Below, in pieces: positions 12,568-24,700 of a DNA stretch of 64,000 nt (positions are counted from its first letter, which is position 1; every line of letters begins with the position of its first letter). A model generated the notes under the pieces. That model did no database searches and had not been told where the DNA came from. It saw only the letters and a program-made list of their open reading frames with translations. Source of the DNA: the human T2T-CHM13v2.0 reference genome, Homo sapiens. The stretch is taken from assembly GCF_009914755.1 (NCBI RefSeq), contig NC_060936.1. One strand, written 5' to 3'. The position numbers and the translations under genes were made by a program.

Positions 12568-14603
12568 CACTTGCAGACTTTACAAAGACAGTGTCTCCAA
12601 ACTCCTCCATCAAAAGAAAGGTTATCCTCTGTGAATTGAACGCACACATCACAAAGTAGTTTCTGAGAATGATTCTGTCTAGTTTTTATACGAAGATATT
12701 TCCTTTTCTACATTTGGCCTAAAAGCGCTTGAAATCTCCACCTGCAAATATCACAAAAAGAGGGTTTCACATCTGCTCTGTCTAAAGGAGAGTTCACCTC
12801 TGTGAGTTGAATAGAGGCAGCACAAAGTAGTTACTGAGTATTCTTCTTTCTAGCGTTACATGAAGAAATCCCATTTCCAACGAAGGCCTCAAAGAGGTCC
12901 AAATATCTGCTTGCAGACTTTACAGACAGAGTGTTTCCAAACTACTCTATGAAAAGAAAGCTTAAACTCCTTGAGTCGAACGCACACATCACAAAGTAGT
13001 TTCTGAGAATGATTCTGTCTTCTTTTTATACGAAGATATTTCCGTTTCTATGATTGGCCTCCAAGCGATTGAAATCTCCAACTGGAAACTGCACAAATAG
13101 GGTGTTTCAAATCTGCTCTGTCTAAAGGAAGGTTCAACTCTGTGAGTTGAATACACACACCACAAATAAGGTACTGAGAATTCTTCTGTCGAACATTACA
13201 TGAAGAAATCCGGTTTCCAACGAAGGCCTCAAAGAGGTCCAAATAACCACTTGCAGACGTGACAAACAGAGTGTTTACAAACTGCTCCATCCAAAGAAAG
13301 GTTAAACTCTGTGAGTTGAACACACACATCACAAAGTAGTTTCTGTGAATGATTCTGTCTAGTTTTTATACGAAGATGTTTCGTTTTCTACCTTTGGTCT
13401 CAAAGCCATTGAAATCTCCACATGGAAACTCCACAAAAAGAGTGTTTCAAATCTGCTCTTTCTGAAGGAAGGTTCAACTCTGTGAGTCGAATACACGCAC
13501 CACAAATAAGTTACTGAGAATTCTTCTGTCGAACATTACATGAAGAAATCCCGTTTCCAACGAAGACCTCAAAGAGGTCCAAATATCCACTTGCAGACAT
13601 TACAAACAGAGTGTTTCCAAACTGCTCCATCAAAAGAAAGGTTAAACTCTGTGAGCTGAACACACACATCAAAAAGAAGTTTCTGTGATAGATTCTGTCT
13701 AGATTTCAGAAGATGTTTCCTTTTCTACCGTAGGCCTCAAAGCGCTTGAAATCTCCAGCTGCAAATTCCACAAAAAGGGTGCTTAACATCTGCTCTTCTA
13801 AAGGAAAGTTCAACTCCATGAGTTGAATACACACAGCACAAAAAAGTTACTGAGACTTCAACTATCAAATATTATATGAAGAAATCCCGTTTCCAACGAA
13901 GGCCTCAAAGAGGTCCAAATATCCACTTGCAGACGTGACAAACAGAGTTTTTCCAAACTGCTCCATCCAAAGAAAGGTTAAACTCTGTGAGTTGAACACA
14001 CACATCACAAAGTAGTTTCTGTGAATGATTCTGTCTAGTTTTTATACGAAGATGTTTCCTTTTCTACCTTTGGTCTCAAAGCCATTGAAATCTCCACATG
14101 GAAACTCCGCAAAAAGAGTGTTTCAAATCTGCTCTTTCTGAAGGAAAGTTCAACTCTGTGAGTTGAATACACACACCACAAATAAGTTACCGAGAATTCT
14201 TCTGTGTAACATTATAGGAGGAAATCCCGTTTCCAACGAAGGCCTCAAAGAGGTCCAAATATCCACTTGCAGACGTGACAAACAGAGTGTTTCCAAACTG
14301 CTCCATCCAAAGAAAGGTTAAACTCTGTGAGTTGAACACACACATCACAAAGTAGTGTCTGTGAATGATTTTGTCTAGTTTTTATACGAAGATGTTTCCT
14401 TTTCTACCTTTGGTCTCAAAGCGATTGAAATCTCCACATGGAAACTCCACAAAAAGAGCGTTTCAAATCTGCTATTTCTGAAGGAAGGTTCAACTCTGTG
14501 AGTTGAATACACACACCACAAATATGTTACTGAGAATTCTTCTGGGTAACATTATATGAGGAAATCCCGTTTTCAACGAAGGCCTCAAAGAGGTCCAAAT
14601 ATC
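12568..14603 (-). repeat. 12-mer HOR variant A-B-D'-C-D'-D'
   Basis: gacgtgacaaac dimers at ~13248, ~13924 and ~14264; the C dimer at ~13588 has a 3-bp deletion. Confidence 0.8.
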
Positions 14604-15962
14604 CACTTGCAGACTTCACAAAGACAGTGTCTCCAAACTCCTCCATCAAAAGAAAGGTTATACTCTGTGAATTAAACGCACACATCACAAAGTAGTTTCT
14701 GAGAATGATTCTGTCTAGTTTTTATACGAAGATATTTCCTTTTCTACATTTGGCCTAAAAGCGCTTGAAATCTCCTCCTGCAAATATCACAAAAAGAGGG
14801 TTTCACAGCTGCTCTGTCTAAAGGACAGTTCACCTCTGTGAGTTGAATAGAGGCAACACAAAGAACTTACTCAGTATTCTTCTTTCTAGCGTTCTATGAA
14901 GAAATCCCGTTCCCAACGAAGGCCTCAAAGAGGTCCAAATATCGGCTTGCAGACTTTACAGACAGAGTGTTTCCAAACTACTCTATGAAAAGAAAGCTTA
15001 AACTCCTTGAGTTGAACGCACACATCACAAAGTAGTTTCTGAGAATGATTCTGTCTAGTTTTTATACGAAGATGATTCCTTTTCTACATTTGGTCTCAAA
15101 GCGATTGAAATCTCCAACTGGAAACTGCACAAATAGGGTGTTTCAAATCTGCTCTGTCTAAAGGAAGGTTCAACTCTGTGAGTTGAATACACACACCACA
15201 AATAAGTTACTGAGAATTCTTCTGTCGAACATTACATGAAGAAATCCCGTTTCCAACGAAGGCCTCAAAGAGGTCCAAATGTCCACTTGCAGACATTACA
15301 AACAGTGTGTTTCCAAACTGCTCCATCAAAAGAAAGGTTAAACTCTGTGAGCTGAACACACACATCAAAAAGAAGTTTCTGTGAATGATTCTGTCTAGAT
15401 TTTATAAGAAGATGTTTCCTTTTCTACCGTAGGCCTCAAAGCGCTTGAAATCTCCGGCTGCAAATTCCACAAAAAGGGTGTTTAACATGTGCTCTTCTAA
15501 AGGAAAGTTCAACTCTATGAGTTGAATACACACAGCACAAAGAAGTTACTGAGACTTCTCCTATCAAACATTATATGAAGAAATCCCGTTTACAACGAAG
15601 GCCTCAAAGAGGTCCAAATATCCACTTGCAGACGTGAAAAACAGAGTGTTTCCAAACTGCTCCATCAAAACAAAGGTTAAACTCTGTGAGTTGAACACAC
15701 ACATCTCAAAGTACTTTCTGTGAATGATTCTGTCTAGTTTTTATACGAAGATGTTTCCTTTTCTACCTCTGGTCTCAAAGCGATTGAAATCTCCACGTGG
15801 AAACTCCACAAAAAGAGTGTTTCAAATCTGCTCTTTCTGAAGGAAGGTTCAACTCTGTGAGTTGAATACACACACCACAAATAAGTTACTGAGAATTCTT
15901 CTGTGTAACATTATAGGAGGAAATCCCGTTTCCAACGAAGGCCTCAAAGAGGTCCAAATATC

Positions 15963-17999
15963 CACTTGCAGACTTTACAAAGACAGTGTCTCCAAACTCC
16001 TCCATCAAAAGAAAGGTTATACTCTGTGAATTGAACGCACACATCACAAAGTAGTTTCTGAGAATGATTCTGTCTAGTTTTTATACGAAGATATTTCCTT
16101 TTCTACATTTGGCCTAAAAGCGCTTGAAATCTCCACCTGCAAATATGACAAAAAGAGGGTTTCACATCTGCTCTGTCTAAAGGACAGTTCCCCTCTGTGA
16201 GTTGAATAGAGGCAACACAAAGAACTTACTCAGTATTCTTCTTTCTAGCGTTCTATGAAGAAATCCCGTTTCCAACGAAGGCCTCAAAGAGGTCCAAATA
16301 TCTGCTTGCAGACTTTACAGACAGAGTGTTTCCAAACTACTCTATGAAAAGAAAGCTTAAACTCCTTGAGTTGAACGCACACATCACAAAGTAGTTTCTG
16401 AGAATGATTCTGTCTAGTTTTTATAAGAAGATGTTTCCTTTTCTACATTTGGTCTCAAAGCGATTGAAATCTCCAACTGGAAACTGCACAAATAGGGTGT
16501 TTCAAATCTGCTCTGTCTAAAGGAAGGTTCAACTCTGTGAGTTGAATACACACACCACAAATAAGTTACTGAGAATTCTTCTGTCGAACATTACATGAAG
16601 AAATCCCGTTTCCAACGAAGGCCTCAAAGAGGTCCAAATATCCACTTGCAGACATTACAAACAGAGTGTTTCCAAACTGCTCCATCAAAAGAAAGGTTAA
16701 ACTCTGTGAGCTGAACACACACATCAAAAAGAAGTTTCTGTGAATGATTCTGTCTAGATTTTATAAGAAGATGTTTCCTTTTCTAACGTAGACCCCAAAG
16801 CGCTTGAAATCTCCAGCTGCAAATTCCACAAAAAGGGTGTTTAACATCTGCTCTTCTAAAGGAAAGTTCACCTCTTGAGTTGAATAGAGGCAACACAAAG
16901 AACTTACTCAGTATTCTTCTTTCTAGCGTTCTATGAAGAATTCCCGTTTCCAACGAAGGCCTCAATGAGGTCCAAATATCTGCTTGCAGACATTACAGAC
17001 ACAGTGTTTCCAAACTACTCTACGAAAACAAAGCTTAAACTCCTTGAGTTGAACGCACACATCACAAAGTAGTTTCTGAGAATGATTCTGTCTAGTTTTT
17101 ATAAGAAGATGTTTCCTTTCCTACATTTGGTCTCAAAGCGATTGAAATCTCCAACTGGAAACTGCGCAATTAGGGTGTTTCAAATCTGCTCTGTCTAAAG
17201 GAAGGTTCAACTCTGTGAGTTGAATACACAAACCACAAATAAGTTACTGAGAATTCTTCTGTCGAACATTACATGAAGAAATCCCGTTTCCAACGAAGGC
17301 CTCAAAGAGGTTCAAATATCCACTTGCAGACATTACACACAGTGTGTTTCCAAACTGCTCCATCAAAAGAAAGGTTAAACTCTGTGAGCTGAACACACAC
17401 ATCAAAAAGAAGTTTCTGTGAATGATTCTGTCTAGATTTTATAAGAAGATGTTTCCTTTTCTACCGTAGGCCTCAAAGCGCTTGAAATCTCCAGCTGCAA
17501 ATTCCACAAAAAGGGTGTTTAACATCTGCTCTTCTAAAGGAAAGTTCAACTCTATGAGTTGAATACACACAGCACAAAGAAGTTACTGAGACTTCTCCTA
17601 TCAAACATTATATGAAGAAATCCCGTTTCCAACGAAGGCCTCAAAGAGGTCCAAATATCTGCTTGCAGACTTTACAGACAGAGTGTTTCCAAACTGCTCC
17701 ATCAAAAGAAAGGTTAAACTCCTTGAGTTGAACACACACATCACAAAGTAGTTTCTGTGAATGATTCTGTCTAGTTTTTATACGAAGATGTTTCCTTTTC
17801 TAACTTTGGTCTCAAAGCGATTGAAATCTCCACATGGAAACTCCACAAAAAGAGTGTTTCAAATCTGCTCTTTCTGAAGGAAGGTTCAACTCTGTGAGTT
17901 GAATACACACACCACAAATAAGTTACTGAGAATTCTTCTGTGTAACATTATATGAGGAAATCCCCTTTCCAACGAAGTCCTCAAAGAGGTCCAAATATC
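15963..17999 (-). repeat. 12-mer variant A-B-(C/A hybrid)-B-C-D
   Basis: The C dimer switches to the A tail at ~16870 (ggaaagttca|cctcttgagttgaatagaggcaacacaaagaacttactcag) and is followed by a second B. Confidence 0.8.
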
Positions 18000-20900
18000 C
18001 ACTTGCAGACTTTACAAAGACAGTGTCTCCAAACTCCTCCATCAAAAGAAAGCTTATACTCTGTGAATTGAACGCACACATCACAAAGTAGTTTCCGAGA
18101 ATGATTCTGTCTAGTTTTTATACGAAGATATTTCCTTTTCTACATTTGGCCTAAAAGCGCTTGAAATCTCCACCTGCAAATATCACAAAAAGAGGTTTTC
18201 ACATCTGCTCTGTCTAAAGGACAGTTCACCTCTGTGAGTTGAATAGAGGCAACACAAAGAACTTACTCAGTATTCTTCTTTCTAGCGTTATATGAAGAAA
18301 TCCCGTTTCCAATGAAGGCCTCAAAGAGGTCCAAATATCTGCTTGCAGACTTTACAGACAGAGTGTTTCCAAACTACTCTATGAAAAGAAAGCTTAAACT
18401 CCTTGAGTTGAACGCACACATCACAAAGTAGTTTCTGAGAATGATTCTGTCTAGTTTTTATACGAAGATGATTCCTTTTCTACATTTGGTCTCAAAGCGA
18501 TTGAAATCTCCAACTGGAAACTGCACAAATAGGGTGTTTCAAATCTGCTCTGTCTAAAGGAAGGTTCAACTCTGTGAGTTGAATACACACACCACAAATA
18601 AGTTACTGAGAATTCTTCTGTCGAACATTACATGAAGAAATCCCGTTTCCAACGAAGGCCTCAAAGAGGTCCAAATGTCCACTTGCAGACATTACAAACA
18701 GTGTGTTTCCAAACTGCTCCATCAAAAGAAAGGTTAAACTCTGTGAGCTGAACACACACATCAAAAAGAAGTTTCTGTGAATGATTCTGTCTAGATTTTA
18801 TAAGAAGATGTTTCCTTTTCTACCATAGGCCTCAAAGCGCTTGAAATCTCTGGTTGCAAATTCCACAAAAAGGGTGTTTAACATGTGCTCTTCTAAAGGA
18901 AAGTTCAACTCTATGAGTTGAATACACACAGCACAAAGAAGTTACTGAGACTTCTCCTATCAAACATTATATGAAGAAATCCCGTTTACAACGAAGGCCT
19001 CAAAGAGGTCCAAATATCTGCTTGCAGACTTTACAGACAGAGTGTTTCCATACTGCTCCATCAAAAGAAAGGTTAAACTCCTTGAGTTGAACGCACACAT
19101 CACAAAGTAGTTTCTGAGAATGATTCTGTCTTGTTTTTATACGAAGATATTTCCGTTTCTATGATTGGCCTCCAAGCGATTGAAATCTCCAACTGGAAAC
19201 TGCACAAATAGGCTGTTTCAAATCTGCTCTGTCTAAAGGAAGGTTCAACTCTGTGAGTTGAATACACACACCACAAATAAGTTACTGAGAATTCTTCTGT
19301 CGAACATTACATGAAGAAATCCCGTTTCCAACGAAGGCCTCAAAGAGGTCCAAATATCCACTTGCAGACATTTCAAACAGAGTGTTTCCAAACTGCTCCA
19401 TCAAAAGAAAGGTTAAACTCTGTGAGCTGAACACACACATCAGAAAGAAGTTTCTGTGAATGATTCCATCTAGACTTTAGAAGAAGATGTTTCCTTTTCT
19501 ACCGTAGGCCTCAAAGCGCTTGAAATCTACAGCTGCAAATTCCACAAAAAGTGTGTTTAACATCTGCTCTTCTTAAGGAAAGTTCAACTCCATGAGTTGA
19601 ATACAGACAGCACAAATAAGTTACTGAGACTTCTCCTATCAAACATTATATGAAGAAATCCCGTTTCCAACGAAGGCCTCAAAGAGGTCCAAATATCCAC
19701 TTGCAGACGTGACAAACAGAGTGTTTCCAAACTGCTCCATCCAAAGAAAGGTTAAACTCTGTGAGTTGAACACACACATCACAAAGTAGTTTCTGTGAAT
19801 GATTCTGTCTAGTTTTTATACGAAGATGTTTCCTTTTCTACCTTTGGTCTCAAAGCCATTGAAATCTCCCCATGGAAACTCCACAAAAAGAGTGTTTCAA
19901 ATCTGCTCTTTCTGAAGGAAGGTTCAACTTTGTGAGTTGAATACACACACCACAAGTAAGTTACTGAGAATTCTTTTGTGTAACATTACAGGAGGAAATC
20001 CCGTTTCCAACGAAGGCCTCAAAGAGGTCCAAATATCCACTTGCAGACTTTAAAAAGACAGTGTCTCCAAACTCCTCCATCAAAAGAAAGGTTATCCTCT
20101 GTGAATTGAACGCACACATCACAAAGTAGTTTCTGAGAATGATTCTGTCTAGTTTTTATACGAAGATATTTCCTTTTCTACATTTGGCCTAAAAGCGCTT
20201 GAAATCTCCACCTGCAAATATCACAAAAAGAGGGTTTCACATCTGCTCTGTCTAAAGGAGAGTTCACCTCTGTGAGTTGAATAGAGGCAGCACAAAGTAG
20301 TTACTGAGTATTCTTCTTTCTAGCGTTACATGAAGAAATCCCCTTTCCAACGAAGGCCTCAAAGAGGTCCAAATATCTGCTTGCAGACTTTACAGACAGA
20401 GTGTTTCCAAACTACTCTATGAAAAGAAAGCTTAAACTCCTTGAGTCGAACGCACACATCACAAAGTAGTTTCTGAGAATGATTCTGTCTTCTTTTTATA
20501 CGAAGATATTTCCGTTTCTATGATTGGCCTCCAAGCGATTGAAATCTCCAACTGGAAACTGCACAAATAGGCTGTTTCAAATCTGCTCTGTCTAAAGGAA
20601 GGTTCAACTCTGTGAGTTGAATACACACACCACAAATAAGGTACTGAGAATTCTTCTGTCGAACATTACATGAAGAAATCCGGTTTCCAACGAAGGCCTC
20701 AAAGAGGTCCAAATAACCACTTGCAGACGTGACAAACAGAGTGTTTACAAACTGCTCCATCCAAAGAAAGGTTAAACTCTGTGAGTTGAACACACACATC
20801 ACAAAGTAGTTTCTGTGAATGATTCTGTCTAGTTTTTATACGAAGATGTTTCGTTTTCTACCATTGTCTCAAAGCCATTGAAATCTCCACATGGAAACTC

Positions 20901-21040
20901 CACAAAAAGAGTGTTTCAAATCTGCTCTTTCTGAAGGAAGGTTCAACTCTGTGAGTCGAATACACGCACCACAAATAAGTTACTGAGAATTCTTCTGTCG
21001 ACCATTACATGAAGAAATCCCGTTTCCAACGAAGACCTCA
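17750..21040 (-). repeat. Second copy of the block at ~9600-13570, with an internal 680-bp deletion
   Basis: Shared rare variants at offset 8150 (9651/17801, 9811/17961, 9901/18051, 10701/18851, 10901/19051), then at offset 7470 (11991/19461; ORFs 13048/20518). Confidence 0.88.
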
Positions 21041-21735
21041 AAGAGGTCCAAATATCCCCTTGCAGACATTACAAACAGAGTGTTTCCAAACTGCTCCATC
21101 AAAAGAAAGGTCAAACTCTGTGAGCTGAACACACACATCAAAAAGAAGTTTCTGTGAATGATTCTGTCTAGATTTTATAAGAAGATGTTTCCTTTTCTAC
21201 CGTAGGCCTCAAAGCGCTTGAAATCTCCAGCTGCAAATTCCACAAAAAGGGTGTTTACCATCTGCTCTTCTAAAGGAAAGTTCAACTCTATGAGTTGAAT
21301 ACACACAGCACAAAGAAGTTACTGAGACTTCTCCTATCAAACATTATAGGAAGAAATCCCGTTTCCAACGAAGGCCTCAAAGAGGTCCAAATATCCACTT
21401 GCAGACGTGACAAACAGAGTGTTTCCAAACTGTTCCATCAAAAGAAAGGTTAAACTCTGTGAGTTGAACACACACATCACAAAGTAGTTTCTGTGAATGA
21501 TTCTGTCTAGTTTTTATACGAAGATGTTTCCTTTTCTACCTTTGGTCTCAAAGCGATTGAAATCTCCACATGGAAACTCCACAAAAAGAGTGTTTCAAAT
21601 CTGCTCTTTCTGAAGGAAGGTTCAACTCTGTGAATTGAATACACACACCACAAATAAGTTACTGAGAATTCTTCTGTGTAACATTATGTGAGGAAATCCC
21701 GTTTCCAACGAAGGCCTGAAACAGGTCCAAATATC

Positions 21736-24700
21736 CACTTGCAGACTTTACAAAGACAGTGTCTCCAAACTCCTCCATCAAAAGAAAGGTTATACTGTGT
21801 GAATTGAACGCACACATCACAAAGTAGTTTCTGAGAAAGATTCTGTCTAGTTTTTATACGAAGATATTTCCTTTTCTACATTTGGCCTAAAAGCGCTTGA
21901 AATCTCCACCTGCAAATATCACAAAAAGAGGGTTTCACATCTGCTCTGTCTGAAGGACAGTTCACCTCTGTGAGTTGAATAGAGGCAACACAAAGAACTT
22001 ACTCAGTATTCTTCTTTCTAGCGTTCTATGAAGAAATCCCGTTTCCAACGAAGGCCCCAAATAGGTCCAAATATCTGCTTGCAGACTTTACAGACAGATT
22101 GTTTGCAAACTACTCTATGAAAAGAAAGCTTAAACTCCTTGAGTTGAACGCACACATCACAAAGTAGTTTCTGAGAATGATTCTGTCTAGTTTTTATACG
22201 AAGATGTTTCCTTTTCTACATTTGGTCTCAAAGCGATTGAAATCTCCAACTGGAAACTGCACAAATAGGGTGTTTCAAATCTGCTCTGTCTAAAGGAAGG
22301 TTCAACTCTGTGAGTTGAATACACACACCACAAATAAGTTACTGAGAATTCTTCTGTCGAACATTACATGAAGAAATCCCGTTTCCAACGAAGGCCTCAA
22401 AGACGTCCAAATATCCACTTGCAGACATTACAAACAGAGTGTTTCCAAACTGCTCCATCAAAAGAAAGGTTAAACTCTGTGAGCTGAACACACACATCAA
22501 AAAGAAGTTTCTGTGAATGATTCTGTCTAGATTTTATAAGAAGATGTTTCCTTTTCTACCGTAGGCCTCAAAGCGATTGAAATCTCCACATGGAAACTCC
22601 ACAAAAAGAGTGTTTCAAATCTGCTCTTTCTGAAGGAAGGTTCATCTGTGTGAGTTGAATACACACACCACAAATATGTTACTGAGAATTCTTCTGTGTA
22701 ACATTATATGAGGAAATCCCGTTTCCAACGAAGGCCTCAAAGAGGTCCAAATATCCACTTGCAGACTTTACAAACACAGTGTCTCCAAACTCCTCCATCA
22801 AAAGAAAGGTTATACTCTGTGAATTGAACGCACACATCACAAAGTAGTTTCTGAGAATGATTCTGTCTAGTTTTTATACGAAGACATTTCCTTTTCTACA
22901 TTTGGCCTCAAAGCGCTTGAAATCTCCACCTGCAAATATCACAAAAAGAGGGTTTCACATCTGCTCTGTCTAAAGGACAGTTCACCTCTGTGAGTTGAAT
23001 AGAGGCAACACAAAGAACTTACTCAGTATTCTTCTTTCTAGCGTTCTATGAAGAAATCCCGTTTCCAACGAAGGCCTCAAAGAGGTCCAAATATCTGCTT
23101 GCAGACTTTACAGAGAGAGTGTTTCCAAACTACTCTATGAAAAGAAAGCTTAAACTCCTTGAGTTGAACGCACACATCACAAAGTAGTTTCTGAGAATGA
23201 TTCTGTCTTGTTTTTATACGAAGAGATTTCCGTTTCTATGATTGGCTTCAAAGCGATTGAAATCTCCAACTGGAAAATGCACAAATAGGGTGTTTCAAAT
23301 CTGCTCTGTCTAAAGGAAGGTTCAACTCTGTGAGTTGAATACACACACCACAAATAAGTTACTGAGAATTCTTCTGTCGAACATTACATGAAGAAATCCC
23401 GTTTCCAACGAAGGCCTCAAAGAGGTCCAAATATCCCCTTGCAGATATTACAAACAGAGTGTTTCCAAACTGCTCCATCAAAAGAAAGGTCAAACTCTGT
23501 GAGCTGAACGCACACATCAAAAAGAAGTTTCTGTGAATGATTCTGTCTAGATTTTATAAGAAGATGTTTCCTTTTCTACCGTAGGCCTCAAAGCGCTTGA
23601 AATCTCCAGCTGCAAATTCCACAAAAAGGGTGTTTACCATCTGCTCTTCTAAAGGAAAGTTCAACTCTATGAGTTGAATACACACAGCACAAATAAGTTA
23701 CTGAGACTTCTGCTATCAAACATTATAGGAAGAAATCCCGTTTCCAACGAAGGCCTCAAAGAGGTCCAAATATCCACTTGCAGACGTGACAAACAGAGTG
23801 TTTCCAAACTGCTCCATCCAAAGAAAGGTTAAACTCTGTGAGTTGAACACACACATCACAAAGTAGTTTCTGTGAATGATTCTGTCTAGTTTTTATACGA
23901 AGATGTTTCCTTTTCTACCTTTGGTCTCAAAGCGATTGAAATCTCCACATGGAAACTCCACAAAAAGAGTGTTTCAAATCTGCTCTTTCTGAAGGAAGGT
24001 TCAACTCTGTGAGTTGAATACACACACCACAAATAAGTTACTGAGAATTCTTCTGTGTAACATTATATGAGGAAATCCCGTTTCCAACGAAGGCCTCAAA
24101 GAGGTCCAAATATCCACTTGCAGACTTTACAAAGACAGTGTTTCCAAACTCCTCCATCAAAGGAAAGGTTATCCTCTGTGAATTGAACGCACACATCACA
24201 AAGTAGTTTCTGAGAATGATTCTGTCTAGTTTTTATACGAAGATATTTCCTTTTCTACATTTGGCCTAAAAGCGCTTGAAATCTCCACTGCAAATATCAC
24301 AAAAAGAGGGTTTCACATCTGCTCTGTCTAAAGGACAGTTCACCTCTGTGAGTTGAATAGAGGCAACACAAAGAACTTACTCAGTATTCTTCTTTCTAGC
24401 GTTATATGAAGAAATCCCGTTTCCAACGAAGGCCTCAAAGAGGTCCAAATATCTGCTTGCAGACTTTACAGACAGAGTGTTTCCAAACTATTCTATGAAA
24501 AGAAAGCTTAAACTCCTTGAGTTGAACGCACACAATGCAAAGTAGTTTCTGAGAATGATTCTGTCTTGTTTTTATACGAAGATATTTCCGTTTCTATGAT
24601 TGGCCTCAAAGCCATTGAAATCTCCAACTGGAAGCTGCACAAATAGGGTGTTTCAAATCTGCTCTGTCTAAAGGAAGGTTCAACTCTGTGAGTTGAATAC

